A stretch of DNA of 64,000 bases from Rubripirellula sp. (GTDB taxonomy: Bacteria > Planctomycetota > Planctomycetia > Pirellulales > Pirellulaceae): the NCBI GenBank assembly GCA_965216875.1, contig OZ244207.1, forward strand, positions 1,280,001 to 1,344,000, read 5' to 3'. The notes under the pieces were generated by a model, which searched no databases, was not told where the DNA came from, and worked only from the letters and a program-made list of their open reading frames with translations. The position numbers and the translations under genes were made by a program. Positions 1 to 10,423 of the stretch are shown here, piece after piece. Numbering within the stretch: position 1 is the first letter of the stretch; each line of letters starts with the position of its first letter.

Positions 1-542
1 GGCAAAAGCCAGGCCGCTCTTTGATGCCCGATGGGACGATGGATGGACTCAGCAAGCGTGAACTTGTTGATCTGATTACTTTTCTATCCGAGTTGGGTCG
101 AACCTCTGCGTTTACCGTGTCGACTCAACCGGTCGTGCGTAGCTACGAGACACTGATTTATAGCAATGAAGCCAATCGCCGATTGAATCGCACGAGCACC
201 GACACGGTCGCAAGTGATGATCCAGCAATGCAGTGGCGCGTCATCACATCCAAGGTTGACGGTTCGTTGCCGCTTGGTGAACTCGATCAATTCAAACAGC
301 ATCGGCAGACGCCACCAACCTCGTTTGTTCGGTTTGTGATCGAATTGCCAAGCAAAGGCGCAGCGGGGCTTGAGTTGCCAAACGAAGGGATCGAAGCCTG
401 GGTCGACGGCAAGCCGACACCTGTCTGGAAACTAAAAGAGATTGTGCTCGAGCAAGGCAAACATACTGTGGTTGTTGCCATCGATCGATCCGAAGTGAAT
501 GAAGATTTGTTGGTCTCGCTGACAGCCGACGCAACCAACTAG
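1..542 (+). CDS. C-terminal part of a large planctomycete-type heme-binding/membrane-bound dehydrogenase-like protein (5' truncated by window edge)
   Basis: The frame is open from the window edge. The motif SLMPDG...LSKRELVDLITFL resembles the end of the putative heme-binding cytochrome c domain of PVC proteins. Confidence 0.6.
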   Translation, partial: QKPGRSLMPDGTMDGLSKRELVDLITFLSELGRTSAFTVSTQPVVRSYETLIYSNEANRRLNRTSTDTVASDDPAMQWRVITSKVDGSLPLGELDQFKQHRQTPPTSFVRFVIELPSKGAAGLELPNEGIEAWVDGKPTPVWKLKEIVLEQGKHTVVVAIDRSEVNEDLLVSLTADATN

Positions 543-552
543 CGCAGTTCCC

Positions 553-768
553 GTGAGCCGCTGGCCGTCAGGCCTCGGGCTCTTGCCGACGCGCATCGAG
601 TGTGAAGGCGAGTAGGGCCCGGCCGCTCACGCGATCGCGGCTCATTGCGATCTGTAGCACGCCGGATCAGCGTCGCTGTTGCTCCTTGATCCGGCCTACC
701 ATTGTCGCCTTTCGCTCCGCGAAAGTAGCTTTGGTGCTCGCGGCTTTCGCGGAGCGAAAGGCGACTAT
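553..768. repeat. Composite REP-like palindrome cluster (GCCGGATC..GATCCGGCCTAC unit plus GTCGCCTTTCGCTCCGCGAAAG..CTTTCGCGGAGCGAAAGGCGAC unit)
   Basis: Inverted repeats between convergent genes. The same units recur near 8990, 37137-37222, 40795-40930, 48849-48997 and 54186-54224. Confidence 0.85.
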
Positions 769-771
769 GGA

Positions 772-1797
772 TCACTTGGTGAGTGTGATCTGTGATTCGC
801 CAATTTCGACATCGATCGAGCCGGGAAGGGTGAACCTTGAATCGGTTTGAGCTTCACGAATCGCATCCGCTACGCGCAACCAGTGTTCACGCGACATTTC
901 GCCGAGCGGCCAGCGTTGCGAATGCCAAAGTTCTTTCATGGCTGCGACGACAACCGGCGTAGCAACCTCCGCGTCTTTTCGAACTTGGATCGGGCGATCA
1001 CCGACCAGGTTTCGACTGAGCCAAACTCGAGCTTGTTCGTTAACAAAATCGTCGAGGTCGCCGATCGATGCCGAAGCGCGCAGGATCGCGTCGGAGGCGT
1101 TGGGGAATTGCGACTGGATGATTGGGACCAGCTCGTTGCGAATCCAATTGCGCGTGTATTGCGATTGAGCGTTGCTCGAGTCTTCACGCCACGTTTGGCC
1201 GATCGACCGCAGCGCATTGCGAATCAATTGTCGTCGCGTCTGTAAAAGGGGGCGGATCAAGACAAGGTCGTCACCGAGTGGACGATGCTTGGGGATGCCA
1301 GTTAGCCCACTCGGGCCGGTGCCGCGAAAAAGGTGATGCAAAACTGTTTCGACGGTGTCGTCGGCGGAATGAGCGACAGTGATATAGCGAGAACCGGTTT
1401 CGGCCGCGACCTGTCGCAGAAAATCCAGTCGGGATCGCCGCAATGACGACTCGTCATGCGCCTGGTCGGACGCGGATTGCGAGATGAATGGGAATTTGAG
1501 GTCGTTGGCGAGCTCTCTGACAAACGCTTCGTCGGCATCCGATTCGGCACCACGAAGACGATGGTTGAAATGCGCGAGCGTTACAAAACCCTGTACGAAT
1601 GTGACTGCGAAAGACCGCAGACGATGCATCGCGATTGCGAGGGCCACGCTGTCGGCACCGCCGCTGCAGCCGATCACGACGCCTACGTTTTGCCAACGCC
1701 GCAGAGGCCAGGCGGCTTCGAATTCACGGAGCAATCGATCAAAAGTGTCTTCGATTTCCCGATCTGCGGGCACGTTGATTTCCCCGTCTGCGGGCAT
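772..1797 (-). CDS. tilS: tRNA(Ile)-lysidine synthetase
   Basis: PP-loop SGGADS, HFNHRLRG, AHSADDTVET, IRPLL, WREDSSN and YTRNWIR motifs. Confidence 0.95.
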   Translation of the reverse strand: MPADGEINVPADREIEDTFDRLLREFEAAWPLRRWQNVGVVIGCSGGADSVALAIAMHRLRSFAVTFVQGFVTLAHFNHRLRGAESDADEAFVRELANDLKFPFISQSASDQAHDESSLRRSRLDFLRQVAAETGSRYITVAHSADDTVETVLHHLFRGTGPSGLTGIPKHRPLGDDLVLIRPLLQTRRQLIRNALRSIGQTWREDSSNAQSQYTRNWIRNELVPIIQSQFPNASDAILRASASIGDLDDFVNEQARVWLSRNLVGDRPIQVRKDAEVATPVVVAAMKELWHSQRWPLGEMSREHWLRVADAIREAQTDSRFTLPGSIDVEIGESQITLTK

Positions 1798-2335
1798 GTT
1801 GTGGCCTAGTATTTCACCGCGTGGTTGTTTCGCCGCGGTCCGCGAGGTGGTAATCTCTTTAACACAGTCTGAACAAACTCTTGCTCAACTGTCGACGTGA
1901 ACAACAAAGATTAACAACTCCATCGGACAACAAAATCACCCGGCTTTGCCAGCTCCTGCCCGTGTTGCGTTGAATCTCTTTTCGAATCGACAAAACGCAT
2001 TGCTGCATTGACTCGGCGTTGTCTCCCTTGCCTTCGCCCTTTTCCCATCATGTGGATTTTACTTTGCGTGTTGATTCGGCTCGCCGACAGTTGTCGGAAG
2101 GGTCGATTCTTCGCCGCGGTCGCTCACGGCGATTCGCTGGTTGCGAAGCAAAACCATGATTGGAATTTGATGGTACAAGGCCAACGGCGAACGTCTCCGC
2201 AAAGCCCCGTGCTCGCCACCTCTCTTGTCGAGCCAACGCACCTTTCGCGTAAACAAACGCGAGTTTCAGCGATGATGCTGCGCTCGTGCGCGTTGGGGGT
2301 ACGGTTTTGGAGTCCTCTGGATCGAGGACGGATAG

Positions 2336-3895
2336 ATGACAGCGACTATCGCACTGTACTGCCTGATTTCACTGATCGTGGGATTGGCCGCATCCTTTGG
2401 CTTTTTCAAATGGACCGAAAAAGGCCGACAGGCCAAGCTTCAGGAAGAGGCTAACCAAGTACTCAATAACGCTCGCGAGTCGGCCGAAACGGAACGGGGC
2501 CAGCTTCTACTGGCGGCGAAAGAGTCCGCTCTGTCGATCAAGGCCGAGGCGGAATCGGAAATCGCTGATGGCCGCAAGAGTCATCTGGTCCGCGAAAAGA
2601 AACTCGATCGACGTGACGAGCTGCTGCAACAGCAAGAAGATGCTCTGCGAAAACAGCAACGAGGTCTCGAGAGCAGCCAAAATCGCCTGGCAACCCAAAT
2701 GCGCGCGATCAACGACCAGCGGGTAAAGCTTGATGCAGTGCTGAAGAAGCAGCAGGAGGTGCTTGAATCGGCCAGTGGCATGACGCGCGAAGAAGCCGGT
2801 CAGCGGCTCATGGAAGCTTTGGAACAAGACCTTCAACATGAACGCGGGTCGGCATTGCTGAAGCACCAAAAGCAGCTCGAAGAGTTGGTCGACCAGCAAG
2901 GTCGCGAAATGTTGCTGACTGCGATCCAGCGTTATGCGTCGACCTATACGGCTGAGACGACAACCAGCACCGTCGATGTTCCGACCGATGACATGAAAGG
3001 TCGCATCATCGGCCGCGAAGGACGAAACATTCGCGCTTTCGAAAAAGCGACGGGGGTCGACGTGATCATCGATGACACACCGGGCGTGGTGATCGTCAGT
3101 GGCTTTGATCCCGTTCGCCGTGAGATTGCACGCCAAGCATTGGACGCGCTGATTAGCGATGGACGGATTCACCCCTCACGAATTGAGGAAGTCGTCGGTG
3201 AGACGGAGAAGAAGATCGACGGCTTCATTCTGCAAAAGGGGCGTGAAGCGGCCGACGAAGTGAACGTTCCAGGCTTGAACGACAAAGTGATTCGGATGCT
3301 TGGGCGTTTGCATTTTCGAACGTCCTACAGCCAAAACGTTTTGCGACACAGTATTGAAGTGGCGTTCATTTCGGGGTTGGTTGCCGAGATGTTGGGGATG
3401 GACGCTGATCTCGCACGTCGCTGCGGGTTGCTGCACGACATCGGCAAGGCGGCGGATCACGAGCTCGAGGGCGGGCATCCGAAGATCGGCGCGGATCTTC
3501 TGCGGCGCAATGGCGAAGGCGCCGAAGTCGTGCATGCTGCGTTTGGCCATCACGATGAAATTGTTGTGGAGCACCCGTATACAATGCTCGTCGCGATCGG
3601 CGACGCTTGCAGCGCGAGCCGACCCGGCGCTCGTCGTGAATCGCTTGAACGCTACGTCAAACGGATGGAAGAGCTCGAGGCGATCGCAACGCGATTCGAA
3701 GGAGTCCGTCAAGCGTTTGCCATCAGCGCTGGCCGTGAGTTGCGAGTGATCGTCGGTAGTGAAAAGACGACCGATGAAGACGCCGCTGCGATCTGTCGCG
3801 ATATCGCGAAGGCCTTTGAACAAGAATTGACTTACCCCGGTGAGATCAAAGTCACGGTATTGCGCGAATCGCGATTCGTCGAAACGGCAAAGTAG
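2336..3895 (+). CDS. rny: Ribonuclease Y
   Basis: N-terminal TM helix, coiled coil, KH domain ([14 protein letters not shown]), HD domain (LLHDIGK), SASRPGAR and YPGEIKVTV. Confidence 0.97.
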   Translation: MTATIALYCLISLIVGLAASFGFFKWTEKGRQAKLQEEANQVLNNARESAETERGQLLLAAKESALSIKAEAESEIADGRKSHLVREKKLDRRDELLQQQEDALRKQQRGLESSQNRLATQMRAINDQRVKLDAVLKKQQEVLESASGMTREEAGQRLMEALEQDLQHERGSALLKHQKQLEELVDQQGREMLLTAIQRYASTYTAETTTSTVDVPTDDMKGRIIGREGRNIRAFEKATGVDVIIDDTPGVVIVSGFDPVRREIARQALDALISDGRIHPSRIEEVVGETEKKIDGFILQKGREAADEVNVPGLNDKVIRMLGRLHFRTSYSQNVLRHSIEVAFISGLVAEMLGMDADLARRCGLLHDIGKAADHELEGGHPKIGADLLRRNGEGAEVVHAAFGHHDEIVVEHPYTMLVAIGDACSASRPGARRESLERYVKRMEELEAIATRFEGVRQAFAISAGRELRVIVGSEKTTDEDAAAICRDIAKAFEQELTYPGEIKVTVLRESRFVETAK

Positions 3896-3973
3896 CTCTC
3901 ACTGATTGACCATTGCTGACGTTTGTCCCGCCGGCGTCACCTTCAAAAATATTCCCGCCTACAAGAGTTTGTG

Positions 3974-5233
3974 ATGAACTTCCTTTGCCGCTGCAGTGTG
4001 CTGTCGATGATGCTCAGCACGTTCGCGTTTGCTGTGGAACCGACCAAGACCGATTGGCCCAATTGGCGCGGCCCGCGGCACGATGGAACGGCAGAGGCCG
4101 ATCAGAATCCACCGCTGCAATGGAGCGAGACTGAAAACGTGTTGTGGCGAGCCAAAGTGGCTGGCCGCGGTCATGGATCAGCAATGGTGCTTGGTGACCA
4201 TGTATATCTTGTTACCGCAGACGCAAGCCGTGAGGTTCAGGTCTTGCTCTGTTTCGATCGCGCAAGCGGCACACAGCAATGGGAAGCGATCGTTCATGAG
4301 GGCGGGTTCAAGGTCAAGGGAAAGAAACAGCCAAATGAAAAGGCGTCGCTCGCTTCTTCGACACCCGCCACCGACGGTGAATTGATTTATGTGACCTTTT
4401 ACAACGACCACGCCGTCTGGGTAACGGCGCTCAGCTTGGGTGGCGACATCGTTTGGCAAAAGAAAGTCAGCGACTACATCGTCCATCAAGGGTTCGCCGC
4501 TTCGCCATTGCTTTACGGGGATTTGGTGATCGCGTCAGCGGACAACAAAGGCGGCGGCGCGATTGTCGGTTTCGATAAGAAAACGGGTGGCGAGGTTTGG
4601 CGGCACAAGCGACCGGAGTTACCCAACTATCCCTCGCCGATCGTGATCGATGCCGCAGGCCGCACGCAGCTTGTCATGACCGGTTGCGAACGGGTGACCT
4701 CGCTCGATCCGACGACGGGGAAAGTGATTTGGGAGATCGAAGGTTCGACGACCGAATGTGTGACCACAGCGGTGTCCGATGGCACGCATGTCTTTACAAG
4801 CGGAGGTTACCCCAAGAACCACATGTCCGCAGTGAAGGCCGATGGATCAGGCACCGTCGTTTGGGAAAACAACCTGCGCAACTACGTTCCCTCGATGGTC
4901 GAACACGATGGTTATTTGTTCTTGACGCTCGATGCCGGGATTGCGAGCTGCTTTCGCTGTGACGATGGCGAACAGGTTTGGAAAGCGCGGCTGGGGGGCA
5001 CCTTCAGCAGTTCACCCGTGCTTGTTGGCAATCGTATCTACGCAACCAACGAGGATGGTGAGACCTTTGTTTTTGAAGCCAACACCGAGGAATTCAAACA
5101 GCTTGGAAAGAGCAAGCTGGGAACAAGCGTCTTTGCTACGCCCACCATTTGCGGTGGTCAGATCTTTGCACGCGTCGCCAAGATGAATGGCGACGTTCGA
5201 GAAGAGTACCTGTATTGCCTAGGCAACAAGTAG
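3974..5233 (+). CDS. Secreted PQQ-binding-like beta-propeller protein (BamB-like, planctomycete-expanded family)
   Basis: Signal peptide, DWPNWRGP, ASSTPATDG and repeated G..vW motifs. Start placed at ATG 3974. Confidence 0.9.
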   Translation: MNFLCRCSVLSMMLSTFAFAVEPTKTDWPNWRGPRHDGTAEADQNPPLQWSETENVLWRAKVAGRGHGSAMVLGDHVYLVTADASREVQVLLCFDRASGTQQWEAIVHEGGFKVKGKKQPNEKASLASSTPATDGELIYVTFYNDHAVWVTALSLGGDIVWQKKVSDYIVHQGFAASPLLYGDLVIASADNKGGGAIVGFDKKTGGEVWRHKRPELPNYPSPIVIDAAGRTQLVMTGCERVTSLDPTTGKVIWEIEGSTTECVTTAVSDGTHVFTSGGYPKNHMSAVKADGSGTVVWENNLRNYVPSMVEHDGYLFLTLDAGIASCFRCDDGEQVWKARLGGTFSSSPVLVGNRIYATNEDGETFVFEANTEEFKQLGKSKLGTSVFATPTICGGQIFARVAKMNGDVREEYLYCLGNK

Positions 5234-5242
5234 CGGGGCGTC

Positions 5243-5762
5243 CGTGAGCCGAACACGCAAGCGTCGGGCCGTGAAAAACCGAACCGTCGTAGCTACCTTC
5301 GCCAGAAGGTGGATGAGCTGGCGAGCCGCGTCGTGAGAAAATCCCACGCTCTGGCGATAGCTGTGAGCCGAACGCGCTAGCGTCGGGCCCCGAGAAGACA
5401 GACCGTTGTAGCTACCTTCGCCAGAAGGTGGCCGCGCTCGCAAGCTGCGTAATAAAGATATTCCCACGCTCTGGCGATGGCTGTGAGCCGAACGCGCTAT
5501 CTAGCGTCGGGCCTCGAGGAATCAAACCGTCGTAGGTGCCTACCCCAGTCGAGGTTCCTGCGAGTCGGCTATCGAATTCCCACGCTCTGGCGAGCGTAGT
5601 TACGGAGAAGAGTAGGGCCCGACGCTAGCGCGTACGGCTCACAGGTAGAAGGTGGTGAACCGGGTAAAAAATAAAAAACCACGCTCTGGTGAGCGTGGCT
5701 ATGGGGATGGTCGGGTTGTCATGCGGAGCACGACCTACTTCGTCATGCGGAGCATGACCTAC
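5243..5762. repeat. Tandem cluster of GTAG-type REP-like elements (BIME-like)
   Basis: Repeated GTGAGCCGAACGCGCTAGCGTCGGGC, GTAGCTACCTTCGCCAGAAGGTGG and CCCACGCTCTGGCGA units, plus two GTCATGCGGAGCA(T/C)GACCTAC copies. A related copy lies at 61141-61282. Confidence 0.85.
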
Positions 5763-6226
5763 TGGTTGCCGGTTGGCTCGCCGCTGCCGAGTTGGGCGAG
5801 GACTTGCAGCACACCATTGAGGTGAGCGAGGCGAGGTCCGAAGCGATCGACAAATTCGTTCAGCATGTACTCACCTTCCATGAGGTGGTCTTCGCTGTCT
5901 TGGATCTCTTCGGTCAAGCTGTCGAGGAATTGCGTTTGCACGCGTGAAAGCGTTTCAGCGGCACTGCGGCAGGAACGGGCCAAATCAGGATTGGCGTTCT
6001 TCCATTGCTGCAGCTCGTTGACGCGTTGCTTGTGCGCCGCGGCTTGCTGTTGAACCATGTCTTCAAGCAATCGGTTTTGCTGTTGTTGGCCAGCCACCAA
6101 TGCACGCAGCAACTCAATCACCACCCGTTCGTTTGATGCAGGCGTTGCTTCCGAGTCTGCTTCCGCCGAAACATCAATGCGAAACATGGGAGAGATAGGT
6201 TCCTGTTCGTACGACATAACTTGCAC
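5759..6226 (-). CDS. Conserved hypothetical coiled-coil protein
   Basis: 155-aa helical Q-rich ORF ending EFVDRFGPRLAHLNGVLQVLAQL. The start may be ATG 6217. Confidence 0.7.
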   Translation of the reverse strand: MQVMSYEQEPISPMFRIDVSAEADSEATPASNERVVIELLRALVAGQQQQNRLLEDMVQQQAAAHKQRVNELQQWKNANPDLARSCRSAAETLSRVQTQFLDSLTEEIQDSEDHLMEGEYMLNEFVDRFGPRLAHLNGVLQVLAQLGSGEPTGNQ

Positions 6227-6605
6227 TTCCGATTACTTCTTTGCTGACAACACCAAGCGGTACGCTGAGTATAACCAACGAAAATTCGCATTGTGCGGCA
6301 ATCGAAAAACGAGGCACACTTTTTTGCGTTGATCTTTGATTTCTTCGAAAGATTCCTAAAGTTTTCGCTTGTTTTCCATGTGTTGGCATAACCGGAGTAA
6401 CCGTTAAAGTCCGCGCAGACCGGCGCCGATGAACAGAACGTACGTCCGCCGGACGTAGGTAGAGAGTTTCTGCAATGAGGTTGCCTGTTGGTGTTTCCCA
6501 AGCGGGGGTGCGTCAACAAATTGACGGCAGTTGTCGTCGGTTTCACGCCAACTTTTTTTGCATGCAATGGTGAGCTCTCTTGCCTCTGCGTCACCTCCCA
6601 ATTGA

Positions 6606-7178
6606 TTGACCAACGACGACTCGCAAGTGGCTGATAAATCGGATCAAACAACTCTTGGTTATTACACGGTTGTCCAGGACGATCACACCGGATGGACTGG
6701 CGGGCTACTGCTGCTTAATCGCGCAGGACGACCGCTTGAGTTTCAGTGCACGCTTCCAGTGCGACCGACCAAAGCACACGAGATTCTGTTTGGGCCGACA
6801 CTGCGAGATCATTTGATTGGTGAAGTGATTGGCCCGTTGTTGGTGAAACGTTGCCGATTGCCGATCGCAATGTTGTGCTGTGACCAACCCGAAGCGCTTC
6901 AATTGGAAACTCGCATTCAAGTTCCGATCGCGTTGGTTTCGGAAGCGGCTGAGGGTGACGAAGGTCCAGTGACCGGAGACATGTTGACGGGGGCATCGAG
7001 TATCGAGCTTGCCGGCGCAACGCTGTGTGTACCGATGGAGGTTGCGGATCGAGCACGCGATATCGCGGGACGATTCGGCGACTTGCCTGATGCGGTCGAG
7101 CCTTTCGAGCGGATCCGCGAAGCGATTGCCGAGGCTCATTCGCAGCTTGCGCGGGCCCAAACGGCTCGCGCAGCTTAG
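6606..7178 (+). CDS. Hypothetical protein (GGLLLLN..GRPLEFQCT motif, C-terminal EPFERIREAI)
   Basis: 190-aa ORF immediately upstream of and co-oriented with the SNF2 gene. Confidence 0.7.
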   Translation: MTNDDSQVADKSDQTTLGYYTVVQDDHTGWTGGLLLLNRAGRPLEFQCTLPVRPTKAHEILFGPTLRDHLIGEVIGPLLVKRCRLPIAMLCCDQPEALQLETRIQVPIALVSEAAEGDEGPVTGDMLTGASSIELAGATLCVPMEVADRARDIAGRFGDLPDAVEPFERIREAIAEAHSQLARAQTARAA

Positions 7179-7212
7179 CGCTGGTTGCATCCGTCGATTG
7201 CGAGGCAAACGC

Positions 7213-8967
7213 ATGTGGCATCAAAAAGCTCCCAACTCAAGCAGCACTCAGGCTCAGCGGACCCTTACGGCCGAAATCGATCAATCGCACAGCTGGTGCG
7301 TTGACGACTTTGTGCCTGAGGATGTTGTCACGCTGCCGCTTGAAAAACTCGAGCCAAAGTCGCTTCCGATTCGGTTACCGAAGCTGAAGCCGCAAACCAC
7401 AGGCTTCCTCTTTCCCGAAGCCAACCAGTGGGTGCCGCCCAAACCGCCAGCGCCGCCCAAGAAGGCAACCGCCGCTGAAAAGAAGAAGCGTCGCGAACAG
7501 ATGAAGGAACTGTCGCGGCATCGAATCAAGCCACCCAACGACGTGGTCAAACTCCAGGACCGGTTGTATTACCTCTTGCAGCCACCGCTCGGCGTCTTGG
7601 TTGGTAGCGGGCAATTGAATTTTCCGTTCAACCCGTTTCCCTACCAATTGGACGGGATCGCCTTTATGTTCCCGCGTTACTCGGCCATCCTCGCTGATGA
7701 GATGGGGTTGGGTAAAACGATGCAGTGCATCAGCACGATTCGTTTGTTGCTCTGTAGCGGCGAGATCCGCAGTGTGCTTTTGGTCTGTCCCAAACCGCTG
7801 GTCACCAACTGGCTGCGCGAATTTTCCGTTTGGGCGCCCGAGATTCCGATTGCTGCGATCGAGGGCAATGCGAGTAAACGTGAATTCGCTTGGCGTTCGC
7901 CCGATGTTCCTGTGAAGGTCGCCAACTATGAGCTCTTGATGCGCGACAAGGACATCGTTCTTGATAGTGGGTTGCACTTCGATTTGGTGGCGTTGGACGA
8001 AGCCCAGCGAATCAAGAACCGCAATAGCACGACGAGTGAAATTGTGCGCTCGATTCCACGGACGCGATCATGGGCATTGACGGGAACGCCCGTCGAAAAT
8101 TCGCCGGACGACTTGGTGGGAATCTTTGACTTCCTGTCGCCAGGCTACTTGCGTACGGGGATGCCGATGGCCGAGATGGCCAAGCAGTCGCGCGACTACA
8201 TCATTCGCCGTACCAAAGACATGGTGCTTGATGACATGCCACCCAAGCTCTACCGCGATGCCGAACTCGACCTGACGCCCGAGCAATGGGCGACGTACGA
8301 ATCGGCCGAAAAGGAAGGAGTGATTCAGCTCGAGGAGTTGGACCAAGAGTTGACGATCCAGCACGTCTTTGAACTCGTTCTGCGGTTGAAGCAGATCTGC
8401 AATTTTGATCCCGCGACCGGTTCGAGCGCGAAGCTGGAACGGTTGGTTGCAGATATGGAAGAGGTGGCCGCAAGTGGCAAGAAGGCGATTGTTTTCAGCC
8501 AGTGGGTGGCAAGCGTCGAAAAGATGCGCCCGGCGCTCGAGCGATTCGGGCCGTTGGAATACCACGGAAAGGTGCCTCACAAGAAACGCGACGGTGTGAT
8601 TGATCGGTTCAAGAACGATCCCGATTGCAGCGTGATTCTGATGAGTTACGGCGCGGGCAGCGTTGGATTGAACCTTCAGTTCTGTGAGTACGTATTCTTG
8701 TTCGATCGCTGGTGGAACCCCGCGATTGAAGATCAAGCAATCAATCGTGCTCATCGGATCGGCGCCGCCGGTGCCGTGACGGTGACGCGTATGTTGGCAA
8801 TGAATACGATCGAACAGCGGATCGCGTCAGTGTTGGATCAGAAACGCGAAATGTTCGACGCTCTCTTTTCAGAAACGGGAGACGGCCCGGCGGCGGGTGG
8901 ACTAAGTCGTGACGAAATCTTCGGACTCTTCGACTTGCGTGCACCAGGCGGGAAGAAAGTCGCCTAG
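7213..8967 (+). CDS. SNF2-family helicase/ATPase
   Basis: LADEMGLGKT, DEAQRIKN, LTGTPVEN, LKQICN, GLNL, WWNPAIEDQA and RAHRIG. The start is uncertain (ATG 7213 chosen). Confidence 0.95.
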   Translation: MWHQKAPNSSSTQAQRTLTAEIDQSHSWCVDDFVPEDVVTLPLEKLEPKSLPIRLPKLKPQTTGFLFPEANQWVPPKPPAPPKKATAAEKKKRREQMKELSRHRIKPPNDVVKLQDRLYYLLQPPLGVLVGSGQLNFPFNPFPYQLDGIAFMFPRYSAILADEMGLGKTMQCISTIRLLLCSGEIRSVLLVCPKPLVTNWLREFSVWAPEIPIAAIEGNASKREFAWRSPDVPVKVANYELLMRDKDIVLDSGLHFDLVALDEAQRIKNRNSTTSEIVRSIPRTRSWALTGTPVENSPDDLVGIFDFLSPGYLRTGMPMAEMAKQSRDYIIRRTKDMVLDDMPPKLYRDAELDLTPEQWATYESAEKEGVIQLEELDQELTIQHVFELVLRLKQICNFDPATGSSAKLERLVADMEEVAASGKKAIVFSQWVASVEKMRPALERFGPLEYHGKVPHKKRDGVIDRFKNDPDCSVILMSYGAGSVGLNLQFCEYVFLFDRWWNPAIEDQAINRAHRIGAAGAVTVTRMLAMNTIEQRIASVLDQKREMFDALFSETGDGPAAGGLSRDEIFGLFDLRAPGGKKVA

Positions 8968-9267
8968 GCCCGATCCGGCTCTCTCGATAGTCGCCTTTCG
9001 CGCTGCGAAAGTAGCGTCCCTATACGCCTCGGTCGCGAAGCAAGAAGCGACTCGAGCGAAACTCGACGCCAAAAGCCCCCTGTCTCTTTGCGAGGCCGGA
9101 CTCTGCGGGCGATCGATACCTCGAATGTCTGCTGAGTCGCGTACCGAAGCGCGAAAAAACTTCTCTGCCGAAGGTTTTCCGAGGTGGCAATGCACCCCCA
9201 CCTTGTTTGGTTTCGGCTAAGATTAACCGAGTCATTTCTTGGACCCGACAGGACGTAAAAGCTGCTG

Positions 9268-10272
9268 ATGAGTAACACCGTAGAATCGATGCAGGCCCAA
9301 GCCGAAGAGTTTCGCGACCGATACACAGCTGTCCGCGACATGATTGGACGTGTGATCGTTGGTCACGACGACATTGTGCACGGTGTGTTGACGGCCATGC
9401 TTTGCGGCGGACACTGTTTGCTCGAAGGTGTACCGGGCCTCGGCAAGACGATGTTGGTTCGCACGCTGGCTGAGGTGATGGATTTGAATTTCAATCGGAT
9501 TCAGTTCACGCCCGACTTGATGCCGGCTGACATCCTGGGAACCAACATGATCGTCGAAGACGAAGATGGTCGACGCCGGTTCGAATTCCAACAGGGACCT
9601 GTCTTCACCCAGATCCTGCTTGCTGACGAAATCAACCGAGCGACGCCCAAGACTCAGTCGGCGATGCTCGAAACGATGCAAGAAGGAACGGTCACTGCGG
9701 CGGGGACTCGCTTCGAACTCGATAAGCCGTTCTTTGTGCTGGCGACCCAGAACCCCATTGAGCAAGAGGGGACTTACCCGCTGCCCGAGGCGCAACTTGA
9801 CCGCTTCCTGTTCAAGCTTGTCGTGGGCTACAGCAGTCGTGAAGACTTGAATACGATCGTCGATCGCACCACGCGTGGTGAAAAGATCGAGCTCGAAAAA
9901 GTGATGGAAGGCAACGAGATCCTTAAGTGGCAAGCCTTGGTGCGTGAAGTCATCCTTGCGCCGCACGTGCAAGATTATTTGGTGCGGCTGAATCTGGGGA
10001 CCCATCCTGATGGGCCTCATTCGGTTGATGCCACCAACAAGTACGTGCGTTGGGGGGCCAGTCCTCGTGGTGCTCAAACGTTGGCGCTCGCATCGAAGGT
10101 GCGTGCACTCTTGGAAGGACGCTACAACGTCAGTTTCGAAGATGTGCGTCGGGTCTTCCTGCCAGCGATGCGACATCGTGTCTTGCTCAATTTTGAGGCT
10201 CAGGCTGAAGGCGTTGATCCAGATCAAGTGTTGCTAGACATCCTCGAAAAGGTCCCTGAAAAGGCGGACTGA
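9268..10272 (+). CDS. MoxR-family AAA+ ATPase
   Basis: GVPGLGKT, RIQFTPDLMPADI, DEINRATPKTQSA and ATQNPIEQEGTYPLPEAQLDRF. Confidence 0.95.
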   Translation: MSNTVESMQAQAEEFRDRYTAVRDMIGRVIVGHDDIVHGVLTAMLCGGHCLLEGVPGLGKTMLVRTLAEVMDLNFNRIQFTPDLMPADILGTNMIVEDEDGRRRFEFQQGPVFTQILLADEINRATPKTQSAMLETMQEGTVTAAGTRFELDKPFFVLATQNPIEQEGTYPLPEAQLDRFLFKLVVGYSSREDLNTIVDRTTRGEKIELEKVMEGNEILKWQALVREVILAPHVQDYLVRLNLGTHPDGPHSVDATNKYVRWGASPRGAQTLALASKVRALLEGRYNVSFEDVRRVFLPAMRHRVLLNFEAQAEGVDPDQVLLDILEKVPEKAD

Positions 10273-10423
10273 GTTTTTTCTTGGCAATCAACAGTAGATG
10301 CATCGTGCTTGTGAGAGCGAAGAGGTGCGTTTACGAGCGGGAATGAGGCTTGAAGTGAAGGTCCGCTCGACCTAGATTGAATCTTGTCGATCGAAATGCT
10401 CGCCTTATTCAAGTGGGAAGGTT

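Noticed and set aside
1755..1800. 24-nt tandem duplication at the tilS 5' end (PADGEIN/PADREIE)
   Set aside because: A small local duplication in a non-conserved N-terminal extension, with no evidence of function.
1800..2335. Possible 6S RNA or other ncRNA upstream of rny, and ORF 2008-2454
   Set aside because: I could not identify a convincing long interrupted hairpin by eye. The ORF overlaps rny out of frame and has no motifs.
5243..5762. Possible CRISPR array
   Set aside because: The repeats are degenerate palindromic REP units of variable length that recur elsewhere (61141-61282, 55277-55297). There are no cas genes.
9232..10227. Long antisense ORFs (e.g. 9232-10227, 49270-50226, 53151-53966, 30578-31651)
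   Set aside because: These are shadow ORFs opposite well-supported genes in GC-rich DNA.
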